This document shows positions 12,006 to 23,179 of a stretch of 47,012 bases of DNA, one piece after another. Numbering within the stretch: the stretch's first letter is position 1; the number at the start of each line of letters is the position of its first letter. The notes under the pieces were generated by a model. It was not told the origin of the DNA and did no database searches. It saw only the letters and a list, made by a program, of their open reading frames with translations. The stretch is taken from NCBI RefSeq assembly GCF_001194135.2, contig NC_068986.1:101560051-101607062 (forward strand), in the 5' to 3' direction. The stretch comes from Octopus bimaculoides (lineage: Eukaryota). A program made the translations under genes and the position numbers.

Positions 12006-12417
12006 TTTCAGTATTATATATGGATTTCTGCATGCAATGCAAATGGGAGAAAGAGGTGATTATAGATGGGTACTCTCCAATTGAACATGGGTGGCACCCA
12101 TTTCGGATTGAAGATTAAGGGTTGGTTAATATTCCTGTATACAGACACCTTCAGTGACTTGTCTCTGCATTGCCTCAGTGGTATGTGCAGATAAGATGTC
12201 TTACCTAGGTCTGCCTTTATGAGCCATTGCGGTAGTCTACAGCATGCTGATAGATGATGGAATGAGTTTTTTTAATTGTAGTTGTGCAGGTGGTCTTTTA
12301 TCATATAAACTTCTTTTATGCAATTCTTTAATATCTAGAGATAATCAAAGCGTCACACACATAAGAAAAACACTTTTACATATATCTGAATTAACCCTAA
12401 ACAGGAGTGGCTATAAC

Positions 12418-12815
12418 CGCAGGAGTGGCTGTGTGGTAAGTAGCTCTCTTACCAACCACATGGTTCCGGTTTCAGTTCCTCTGCGTGTCACCATAGGCAA
12501 GTGTCTTCTACTAAAGTCTGGGGCCGACCAAAGCCTTGTGTGTGTGCGTGTGTGTGTGTATGTGTGTGTGTATGAGTATATATGTGTGTGTGTGTGTATG
12601 AGTCTTTGTATGTCTGCTTCCCCTCCCCACCATCGCTTCACAGCCGATGCTGGTGTGTTTGCATTCCCGTAACTTATCGGTTCGGCAATAGCCACCGATA
12701 GAATAAGTACTAGTCTTACAAAGAATAAGTCCTAGGGTCGATTCGTTCGACTAAATGTAGTGCTCCAGCATGGCCGCAGTCAAATGACTGAATAAAACAA
12801 AAGAATAAACAAATA
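12418..12815 (+). mobile_element. Near full-length tRNA-derived CORE-like SINE (family C) with internal (TG)n
   Basis: A-box TGGCTGTGTGGTAAG, B-box-like GGTTTCAGTTCC, CORE-like CACCATAGGCAAGTGTCTTCT, (TG)n at ~12538-12600, conserved 3' half and AATAAA-rich tail. Confidence 0.93.
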
Positions 12816-12889
12816 AATAGCCAAATGATGCAAAACTCACAACCGTAAGAGAGAATATATCTATTTATACAATTCTTTAATAATTTCAG

Positions 12890-13911
12890 ATTATGAAAGC
12901 CTCACACACAAAACAATATCTGCATATATCTGAAAGAAAACTGAACCAAGAGAGAAAATAAACATTGGCGACTAACCAGCTGACTTACAAGAAACTAAAT
13001 TGCTTTGATAATGAAGATGACCTCCTAAGAAGCATATGGTTTTGTCCCACCCAAACAGGAAACATAAACACTTTGAGTCTGCATGAGATTGCCGAACAAA
13101 CAACACAAATACTAAACACGTGAAATGTTAAGCAGTTTCGCAGCAAACTAAAACGCATGCAGATTTCCTCAACCTAATGCAGGGTCATTTTGAAAAGCTT
13201 CGACATAAGTTTCTCTTTAAATATTGGACAAGTACATCACGAGCCACAAAACCGTTAAAAGCAGCAATAAGCAACACGAAAACAGCAGCCTGAAGATCAG
13301 AAACAGCAGCAACAACATTAGGAACAGACGATCCTGCATTCTAATACGATAGCTGATCTACTGAATGATATTGTCTCTTCACTTCTCTCGCACTCACCAC
13401 TCTCACAGAAGCCACCACAGTTATCACCATCGCCATCTTCAGCATCATTATCACCGCTGCCACCATCATTTTCTACCACTCGAAATACTAAAAATAAACC
13501 ACTGCTTTCTTCTCTCACATCGCCACCTCAATCCTACTGTGGAATAAAATAACCTTATAAAATCTCTGAAGCGGAATGCGTCCCCACGACACTAACAAGA
13601 AATCCCAAAATATGCCGTTACAGGCTCTGCACTCGTAGTGACTGGATCTGTATACATCCACTAGCTCTAGACGCACAATCCAGGCAAACACTACCAGCCA
13701 TGGCCAAAGCACGCATCCCACAGTAGCATCAACATCAACACCACCAAATAGTAAATTGAATATTACAACACATATAACGCGGAATCCCAGAATTTGCACG
13801 TATTCCCGAACTGAGGCACCGTGTGTTTTACATGGCTGTCCCTTCACTCATCTTCCAGGGACCCGATGCGTTAACAGAAATGGGGCTCCAAGCCAATACA
13901 AACCACTGTAA
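12890..13911 (+). pseudogene. Decayed reading frame with Q-rich and S/P-rich segments and two CCCH-like zinc fingers
   Basis: One frame from 12890 to ~13660 has 7 stops, several derivable from CAA/CAG/CGA. It ends in RNPKICRYRLCTRSDWICIHP. After a frameshift comes RNPRICTYSRTEAPCVLHGCPFTH (C-x8-C-x4-C-x3-H), with a stop at 13909-13911. Confidence 0.55.
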
Positions 13912-14034
13912 AGACACTGCCTAACGCAGTAATGCAGGTTTAGTCTTCTCACGAAACACATAAACAAGTGTTCTATTGTATCAATATATTAATACTATTA
14001 AGGTATTTATGTATTTAATACGAGCGATCATATA

Positions 14035-14789
14035 TATATATATATATATATATANNNNNNNNNNNNNNNNNNNNNNNNNNNNNNNNNNNNNNNNNNNNNN
14101 NNNNNNNNNNNNNNNNNNNNNNNNNNNNNNNNNNNNNNNNNNNNNNNNNNNNNNNNNNNNNNNNNNNNNNNNNNNNNNNNNNNNNNNNNNNNNNNNNNNN
14201 NNNNNNNNNNNNNNNNNNNNNNNNNNNNNNNNNNNNNNNNNNNNNNNNNNNNNNNNNNNNNNNNNNNNNNNNNNNNNNNNNNNNNNNNNNNNNNNNNNNN
14301 NNNNNNNNNNNNNNNNNNNNNNNNNNNNNNNNNNNNNNNNNNNNNNNNNNNNNNNNNNNNNNNNNNNNNNNNNNNNNNNNNNNNNNNNNNNNNNNNNNNN
14401 NNNNNNNNNNNNNNNNNNNNNNNNNNNNNNNNNNNNNNNNNNNNNNNNNNNNNNNNNNNNNNNNNNNNNNNNNNNNNNNNNNNNNNNNNNNNNNNNNNNN
14501 NNNNNNNNNNNNNNNNNNNNNNNNNNNNNNNNNNNNNNNNNNNNNNNNNNNNNNNNNNNNNNNNNNNNNNNNNNNNNNNNNNNNNNNNNNNNNNNNNNNN
14601 NNNNNNNNNNNNNNNNNNNNNNNNNNNNNNNNNNNNNNNNNNNNNNNNNNNNNNNNNNNNNNNNNNNNNNNNNNNNNNNNNNNNNNNNNNNNNNNNNNNN
14701 NNNNNNNNNNNNNNNNNNNNNNNNNNNNNNNNNNNNNNNNNNNNNNNNNNNNNNNNNNNNNNNNNNNNNNNNNNNNNNNNNNNNNNNNN

Positions 14790-14820
<31 letters not shown>
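14035..14820. other. Largest assembly gap (14055-14789), flanked by (TA)n
   Basis: N run. Other gaps: 4444-4453, 7770-8170, 10342-10452, 11615-11972, 16186-16608, 17720-17819, 21441-21633, 33671-33680. Confidence 0.99.
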
Positions 14821-14823
<3 letters not shown>

Positions 14824-16154
14824 TATATATGCAGATATATATAAGTACACATGTATATACACACACACTCACACATATATATACATACTTATATATCATT
14901 ATATATGCATCAAAACCATAAGCGGATGCTTGCGAATATATTTAACAAAAAAAAAAAACAAATACAAGATTCCTTTTCCTAACAAATGTGAGTGCCTGAG
15001 CACCAACGCATGGAAACATATACTTCCAGTGCCAGGCTATATATTCGTAACTTTGTAGCTGTATGCATTAAAGTATTTCCTTTAGTGCTGTGATACCTCA
15101 ACAAGCTTCACGTGTGGATATTCATCTCAGAAATCAAATACGTCAAACATCTCCGAAATGTTATTCGATAACACAAAGGATATTCTTTCGTTTTGTAGAA
15201 TTATGTTCCGGAGTAGTGTGATTGACTGAATTGGTGGATTCATCGGATCAACTTTCTCATGCATATGTTTCAATCCCCAGCAAGATGTTATTTGTTTCTT
15301 TACATTTCTTCCCAGGTGAATTCTGAGGAATATACATATCAACATGTACTTCCAGATCTTCTTACACCAATTCTGTTAATATATGTTCATGGAATCATTA
15401 TAGTAGGAACATAAAGCAATTGTAGTGTTTTGGATGTGATTTCTAATATTCACTATTTGAATTCTGATAATGGAATAAATAGGTGCTCCATTAGTATAAT
15501 CGGGAAAAATTAGAAACGGAATTAATAAACAATACAAAGCAATAGACCATCTATAACGACACACATATCTCGCAAAACGTTACAGCTTCAGATCTACTAA
15601 CACATATAAACTGCTAATACTAATGCGAATATTCATGCAGCTGTTTCACCTTTCAATTACATAAGCTTGTCACTGAAACGTCAAAATATGTGCATGAAAA
15701 TTCAGATGTGGTGACAGGTGTTGACTAATATGAGTAACATAAGTATAGTTGGTCCGCTAAAATGTCATTCAATGTAAATTGATTCATCTACTCAAATAAG
15801 TCTAACACTTAGTAACTTAAGCACACAAAAACATCAGGCGAAAAGTTCATCGTTCAAGCCACTCACCATTGAAATAAAGTAGGCCAGTATAAATGTGAGC
15901 TTGTGCATAATATTCTTTCATACGTTTCAGCTCTAAGGCTTTGACCAAAGTTGGAAACAGAGAGGGAGAGAAAGACAGACGTATAAGATTTATACTTTTA
16001 CCTTCCAATCAAAATGCCGGTATAATTCGTTCAACCGACAATAAAGGAGTCAGTGATTAAAATTTTAGATACAAGCTTGTATCACGTAAAATAAATTATA
16101 ATTAAAGCGTAGGGGGTTAGAGAGGAAGAAAAAGAGGGCAACACTCATAGAGAT

Positions 16155-16185
<31 letters not shown>

Positions 16186-16608
16186 NNNNNNNNNNNNNNN
16201 NNNNNNNNNNNNNNNNNNNNNNNNNNNNNNNNNNNNNNNNNNNNNNNNNNNNNNNNNNNNNNNNNNNNNNNNNNNNNNNNNNNNNNNNNNNNNNNNNNNN
16301 NNNNNNNNNNNNNNNNNNNNNNNNNNNNNNNNNNNNNNNNNNNNNNNNNNNNNNNNNNNNNNNNNNNNNNNNNNNNNNNNNNNNNNNNNNNNNNNNNNNN
16401 NNNNNNNNNNNNNNNNNNNNNNNNNNNNNNNNNNNNNNNNNNNNNNNNNNNNNNNNNNNNNNNNNNNNNNNNNNNNNNNNNNNNNNNNNNNNNNNNNNNN
16501 NNNNNNNNNNNNNNNNNNNNNNNNNNNNNNNNNNNNNNNNNNNNNNNNNNNNNNNNNNNNNNNNNNNNNNNNNNNNNNNNNNNNNNNNNNNNNNNNNNNN
16601 NNNNNNNN

Positions 16609-16664
<56 letters not shown>

Positions 16665-16670
<6 letters not shown>

Positions 16671-16880
16671 TGTGTTTGTCCCCTCAACATCGCTTGGCAA
16701 CCGATGCTCGTGTGTTTACGTCCCCGTAACTTAGCAGTTCGGCAAAAGTTAACGATAGAATAAGTACTAGGCTTCCAAAGAATAAGTCCTGGGGTCGATT
16801 TGCTCGACTAAAGGCGGTGCTCCAGCATGGCCACAGTCAAAAACTGGAACAAGTAAAAGAGAGAAAAGAGAGAAAGAGAG
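16665..16880 (+). mobile_element. SINE family C, 3' half with (GA)-rich tail
   Basis: CAACATCGCTTGGCAACCGATGCTCG..AAGTCCTGGGGTCGATTTGCTCGACTAAAGGCGGTGCTCCAGCATGGCC. Confidence 0.93.
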
Positions 16881-16959
16881 TATATATATGTATATATACA
16901 TATATATATATGTATGTATGTATGTATGTATATAAATATGAATATAGGGATACGTGCAC

Positions 16960-17620
16960 AAGTGTACACAGTATTGAGTATTTCGTGACGAACAGAACAC
17001 GAAATGTTGTGGTCGATGGAATCCATTCAAGCCCAGCAAAAGTCACCAGTAGTGCTTGCTCCTTATGGGAATGGCGTGGTCCCGTTCCGCTTCATAATCT
17101 ATATAAACAACATTTCCAGCGTCGTAAAACGCAGCAAAGTAAAAATATTTGCTGATGACACTAAGCTCCAGAAAGTCATCAATGAAGAAGAAAACCTAAC
17201 TCAACTCCAGTCTGATCTACTTGCGGTGAGTCGATGAGCAGACAAAAATAAAGTGCAACTAAACGAGGGAAAATTTGAGTGATGCATTCTGGAAAAAAAA
17301 AAGTTATGGTAAAACAATCATAATGTCTTCCTTGAGGGAAACAATATCGCAAATTTAGGGGTAGTTGTTGATAAGAATCTCAATTGGAATACCCACGCAA
17401 TTCAGGATTACACCACATTACTACACTGCGACACAATGTTTTGTTTCCCTCAGCAGGCACTGTTTTAATTAACATTATTCGAACAACATCAAAGAGGAAG
17501 AGGAGCCATTCACGTTTAGAAGGAATCTGGAAAAAGTTTCTTCAACGAATACCTGATAAGTCCGCTATACATACAAAGAACTCACTCAACAACACTTCTT
17601 ACTCAAATAGACCATGATAC
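16960..17620 (+). mobile_element. CR1-group LINE, 5'-truncated ORF2 (RT C-terminal part) pseudogene
   Basis: FVTNRTRNVVVDGIHSSPAKVTS / FIIYINNISSVVKRSKVKIFADDTKLQK..LQSDLLAVSR*ADKNKVQLNEGKF / NLGVVVDKNLNWNTH / KFLQRIPDK. The FADDTKL and LGV.VD..L.W..H motifs are diagnostic of CR1-type RT. Confidence 0.93.
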
Positions 17621-18059
17621 CACAAAGCATGACTTCAAAATAATTTACTAGAATGTGGTGCTATTAAGTTAGACATGGATTGGTTCAATCTTTCGTCGAA
17701 ACGTTCTATGTATATATATNNNNNNNNNNNNNNNNNNNNNNNNNNNNNNNNNNNNNNNNNNNNNNNNNNNNNNNNNNNNNNNNNNNNNNNNNNNNNNNNN
17801 NNNNNNNNNNNNNNNNNNNTATATATATATACATACATACATACATATATATATATATATGTGCTTGAACCTGTGTGTGAAATATCAAGATAAATACAAG
17901 TTTATAATTGTTTTTCTTCCTATTCGAGTTGCTATTTATGGTTGCTTTGGATCCCACCAATATATATCCCAAGTATTCAAACACAACACATCACCAGGAA
18001 ACACTTTATTGCATCAATTTGTAGATAATAGAATAAGTAGATGCTAATATGTTTGAGAA

Positions 18060-19900
18060 CAGATCAATCTCTATTAAATGATGAAGTCTAGGAATTTAAC
18101 ATCCGAGATGTTGAGTTTCTGTACCAACATTATGATGGTCATTACATGTCCTCAGCTATTGCGAATCGAGTGTGTATGGATCGCAAAACCATTTCATCGA
18201 AACATTTTCAGTATTCAGCAATACGATAAACAATTGCTTTTGCAACATTAAATGGTTATTATCTCTCTTGACAAGCAATATTGTGATATGATTTGTGTCT
18301 TCTCATTATGCTCAGTGTGTTGACGGAGTGCAAGCACTTCTAAATTCTTGTCGACGAAATAGTATGCCATGACAGCAACGCAATTTATACACGCTTTTCT
18401 TCAAGAAGCATAAATGTTTGACAAATTATCAACCGATTATCGATCAGTCCATCATAAGTGAGATAAGCATATCAATTTTGTTTTTAAACAAATGATTTTA
18501 TCATTAATTACCAAACCAACGAACTGATAAGTCACTTATTTCACAGGTGAAAGATGTAAATAAACTTATCGCATGGTTAAACTTTTTCCATTATTTCAGT
18601 TACAATTGAATGATATGTTAAAAGTATCTAGCTGCGCCAGATATTTTACGCTTTGTTGCTTCACGTAAAAGCAGAAATGTTAAAACCAACAAAGAACAAT
18701 ATTTTAAAAATTATTACACAAAGACAATTTTGCAATTGAAGAAAATTTTGGAGTGAATTCGGATCATTGATAAATTTTAATGATATTAAAAGCAAACCCC
18801 AAGCGTAATTTCCTAAAGAAGGCTGTTTTATGTTTAATAGGTCTAGATAAAAATTAAAAATTAATAACTGTGCAACTTTGAATTAAGTATATTGAAATTA
18901 AAAAAGGAAAATGAAAATGAATCCAATGAAAAAATCGAATCTCAACTAATTAAAATTTTGCATTAATTTTCTGTTTTGGTTTAAGCAATAATAATAACTA
19001 CACTTTACAGATATTCCAGGGCAAATACTGCATCAGGAAAGGAATCATTCAAATCATCTTATCACTTTTTCTTCTTCATTCCCTTCAAAATTATTTGAAC
19101 TGATAACACCTAAACATGTTCATACAGATTAAAAATCACTGATGAGAATTGTTTAAACTCGTATGTGTTCATCCTGAGAACAGTATTTCAACCACTGCAT
19201 GTAAATTTTGGCATAACATTATGAATGCTCTATACTTGTCGGTACAAGGAGGATTGTGAAAATACTGTCAGCAGCGAGGTAAATAACATCTACCCTATCT
19301 ACGGCAAAAACTCAATTTCATTTCAAAGAAAAAAAAGACGAGAAATATACTTTTATGACAAAAGCAAATTCCAAGATGAGGTGTACATTGGAGGTATTCA
19401 TTGGAATAAATTAGTCAACAAATTCAGAAACGTCTTGTTTAAACAAAGCATAAAGTGAACTTGGTAGAATAACAAAATAACCAAATGACTATTTTGTAAA
19501 CTATATCCATTAATAAAAAACAAACAAAAGGCAAATTTTACTGAGACAATCTGCTGAACGAACCATAAACTTAGACAGATCAATTACAAATCTAGAGAAA
19601 TGATACGCACGTCAAAAACCATGGAAAGACTGAGAACATCATGACGTACACAAAAGGAACCGAAAAAAGCTTATTGCAAAAAATAACAGAAGACTATCAA
19701 TAAAATGAAGTGGAATAAATACATTATGAACTCGACTGACAAAGATGAGCTCGATAAGATGTTGAACTAGAAAACATGCTCGGTGATGCAGAGTCTTTAA
19801 AACTGACACATTACGGGGACTCACTATTTACAGAAAGCAATTGTAGACACCACAAATGCATACTGAAAGGAAAGAATGGAATCATAAGGGCGATTTCATA
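18060..19900 (+). pseudogene. Unidentified decayed coding-like region, possibly multi-exon
   Basis: Protein-like stretches broken by stops and frameshifts, separated by AT-rich intron-like spacers with GT/AG-like ends (18458-18546; acceptor at 19010; donor at 19279). No family recognised. Confidence 0.35.
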
Positions 19901-20504
19901 CACCACAACTATAAGATAAAAATAGTATAGTTAGACAAAAACCAAATATTAAAGAACACAGCACACACGCACACACACGTACGTGTTTGTAATTTGGTGA
20001 TAAAACAAGAAGCAAAAACAAAAAAAAAATTATGCTAACGTCATCTGTGTAGAGGGTTGTCCTGGAAATATAACAAAACGCGAAGTGCAGAAGCAAATAT
20101 AAATGAGTTGAAAATATTCACTTGTTGAGAATGTTATAGATACGGAGAGGTGAAGAAATTTCTGGGCAAAGACAAATATTGTAGAGAAACAACAACCGCT
20201 GGGCGAGTTCGAAAAGATTAGTAATATGAACCAGAAAATATAACAATTCCGTACCCAACATCTGGTTTTAGCTGATAAGGGTTACAAAACGTTTGTGAAA
20301 TATAAACACACAAATGTAATATATATATTTTTTTAATTGCACAAATGTGTGTGTATGTGTGTGTGTGTCTGTATGCACTTCCGGAGACCATTTAATTTGA
20401 ATGGTTCTGCCCCACCCGTCAATACATATACACAGCAATACAAATATGATTCATGTATACCTACTGTGTGTGTGAATAAATATTTATTATATATACTGAT
20501 TTTA

Positions 20505-20660
20505 AATTTAAGCACAAGGCCAGCAATTTCGGGGGAGAGGATAAGCTGATTACATTGAGCGCACTGGTTAATTGTTTCTTATTTTGTCTAACCCACCGGC
20601 ATTTAAACTCAGAACGTATAGTCAGTAAAAGTGTCACTAAGCACTTTTTTCCAGTTTTTT
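20505..20660 (-). mobile_element. Degraded SINE family A with internal deletion
   Basis: GCACAAGGCCAGCAATTTCGGGGGAGAGG..GATTACAT..AAACTCAGAACGTA..CTAAGCA. Confidence 0.7.
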
Positions 20661-20986
20661 TTTTGTATGCGTAAGTTTATATATATTAATTCTAGCTGCA
20701 CAAACTCAGTTTACAAGGTCAAAACCACATAGATTCAAGACAGCTTACAGCTAGTATTAATGTTCACTTTACATAGCATAGCAAGACCATCCGTTCCAAG
20801 GTTGTCATGCAGGATTTTTTCATGAAGGTGGGAGTTTAGATTATCTAGCTGTTGTGTTTTTTGTACTTCAAGTGTAAATCCATATATACTGTTTCTATCG
20901 CATACAAATTGTATACTTGCTTGTGTGCAAATGTATTACCAGTCTTTTCGAAAATCTATTAACAATCCTATCCGTGGTCAACAGGG

Positions 20987-21025
<39 letters not shown>

Positions 21026-21095
21026 ACTTTATCAAGTAGTCAGCGTGAAAAACGATATAAGGGAAAAAATTATAATTATTCCCTTTAAATACACG

Positions 21096-21633
21096 TATTA
21101 TATTAAGGGCATTACTACACGTAAATGCCTCACGTTATGGGAAACACTTAAAGTCAAAACTACCATAATAAATATACAGCGTACTGACAGCGAGGGAATG
21201 CAACTTAAAAACATTACGCGTGGTAATGCCCTTGATATTATATATGTGGAAAAGTAAAAAGAAAAAAGAGAAAATGCACAAAGGATATAAAAAAAAACAA
21301 AGGCTTTTTTATGAAACCTAAATACATATATATACAATTAGATGAATTGAGGTAGAATTAAGAGGTATAAAAGTCATTAATAATTCATAGTAATGACTTA
21401 TATACATCTTAATTCCACCTCAATTCATCTAATTGAATATNNNNNNNNNNNNNNNNNNNNNNNNNNNNNNNNNNNNNNNNNNNNNNNNNNNNNNNNNNNN
21501 NNNNNNNNNNNNNNNNNNNNNNNNNNNNNNNNNNNNNNNNNNNNNNNNNNNNNNNNNNNNNNNNNNNNNNNNNNNNNNNNNNNNNNNNNNNNNNNNNNNN
21601 NNNNNNNNNNNNNNNNNNNNNNNNNNNNNNNNN

Positions 21634-21665
<32 letters not shown>

Positions 21666-21738
21666 CTTTACGTTTCATAAAAAAAGCTTTTGCTTTTTAT
21701 ATGCAATGTGCATTTTCTCTATTTCATTTTACTTTTCC
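21096..21738. repeat. Cluster of inverted repeats (fold-back, MITE-like)
   Basis: IR1: 21101-21124 / 21214-21237. IR2 (outer, ~80 bp): 21248-21328 / 21661-21738. IR3 (45 bp): 21335-21379 / 21391-21435. Confidence 0.9.
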
Positions 21739-21879
21739 CCCTATTTATACCACGTGGATTCTGTTTTCTCTGAAACCTATTTCTATTCTATATGTATATG
21801 TATATACATTGCCCATACTGTTTGCAAACAAGTAAGCATACAATAAACAATATATTCTACGGTGTAATAAACAAAGTAT

Positions 21880-23060
21880 ATATTTTTATGGACAATGAAA
21901 ACGACAGAGACATTTTATAACACGCCTGGTGCCTTCGTGTAATCTTAAGTCTATGTTCAAATGATATAAAAAGCTAAAACAGAAGGTAAGAAGAGAAAAT
22001 GAGAAGTTCGACGTAAAATCTGGAAGTTTGAAAACAATAGGGAAAGGAAAGAATAATTTAAAAAACAAAAAAAAAATGGGAGATCTAGATTTAGATCCCT
22101 TCTGACCGTAAACCCATAATAAGGTTGAAAGAGTAGGAGTCTTGAATCTGCGATACAGCCGATCAATCCGTAGAAGTTATTTTCGAATTCGGCAACAAGG
22201 ATTTATATCTATGTTTACATTCGCTGAAAATTTTAGAAATGGAATTCAGTGGTCCAGTGGAATTCTTAGGTTTGAAAAGGAACTGTTATCTTTCAGCTAC
22301 GCATAGCTTGAATTATTTTGATCCGTTTAGCCCTTTTCCACTTGATTGTATGCGTTAGCTTTAAAACTCATATGTGGCTAGCCCAATTAAGTGACTTTAC
22401 TTTTACTCCTGTGCCAGAAGTCAGATATGTGTGTAGCATAGCGATTTTTTAAGTTGCCTTCACATAACCTTATGTTAATCTTTTTTTCTTTCGGTTATTT
22501 TATCACCTAACTTTGCTATGGCTTCTGCCTCGTAAGGATTTACTCATGCACTCATGGTCGATGTGGAATTTCCTTGAAATCGATGATACAACTTGGAGTA
22601 GGGGTGTTTGCGTGCAATGATTCCCTTCATACTGGAGCAGGAGGTTTATGATTATTCACGTCAGTGCCTGTGGAATATTATTCTGTACTTGCGATGCACG
22701 AGGAAAACTTTATCTAAAAAAGACAGGAATCCATTACCTCAGATAGTTTTAACATTTACGGAAAAGGGAAGAGAGCGAAACAAACTATGCTCCAAGACCG
22801 TATTTATTATTCGTATTATTAATAAAGGGATTGGAAAATGGTCTTTAAAGCCACTTTTGGCTAGGGCATTGTTTTAGTAGTGGAGACTACCTTATCAGAT
22901 TTTCTTTTAGTAAAAGTAACTTTAGATATTTTGTTGCTAATGTTGGCTGTCAAGGTCTTAATACGGAGGATATTGCGAAGTCTGGGTATGCAGAATAGGT
23001 CCTCGTTGTACTCTTGGTAAGGTTTATGAGAGAAAGATTGTACGAAAGGACCAGACGTGT
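21880..23060 (-). mobile_element. Penelope-like element, 5'-truncated (RT thumb, linker and GIY-YIG endonuclease), pseudogenised
   Basis: Ordered minus-strand peptides HKPYQEYNEDL, NISNKISK, Y*NNALAKSGFKD, LPFSVNVKTI*GNGFLSFLDKVFLVHRKYRIIFHRH, SCSSMKGIIARKH, IRLCEGNLKNRYATHISDF, KLCVAER*QFLFKP..PLNSISKIFSECKHRYKSLL. Confidence 0.87.
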
Positions 23061-23179
23061 AATAAAATGATATATGTTTCATCTCAATCGCATGGAACAA
23101 TTAGTAGCTCACAAAAATACAAGTTGCGATGGTTAAATTTTAGCCATTTTCTATTTTTATTTTAATGCATGCGCATTGC

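Noticed and set aside
13365-13547. His-rich ORF (+) and acidic ORF 13318-13518 (-)
   Set aside because: These are alternative frames of the CA-rich S/P linker; low complexity.
19195-19240. Kinase subdomain IX-like FGITL*MLYT
   Set aside because: No DVW, APE, DFG or HRD motifs nearby in any frame.
10541-19280. In-frame TAG/TGA at Trp-like positions (AEE*TK, VSR*AD, SMP*QQ, GITL*ML) as candidates for ADAR stop-to-Trp recoding or selenocysteine
   Set aside because: The same pattern occurs in clearly dead TEs together with frameshifts; ordinary G>A decay of TGG explains it, and no SECIS was identified.
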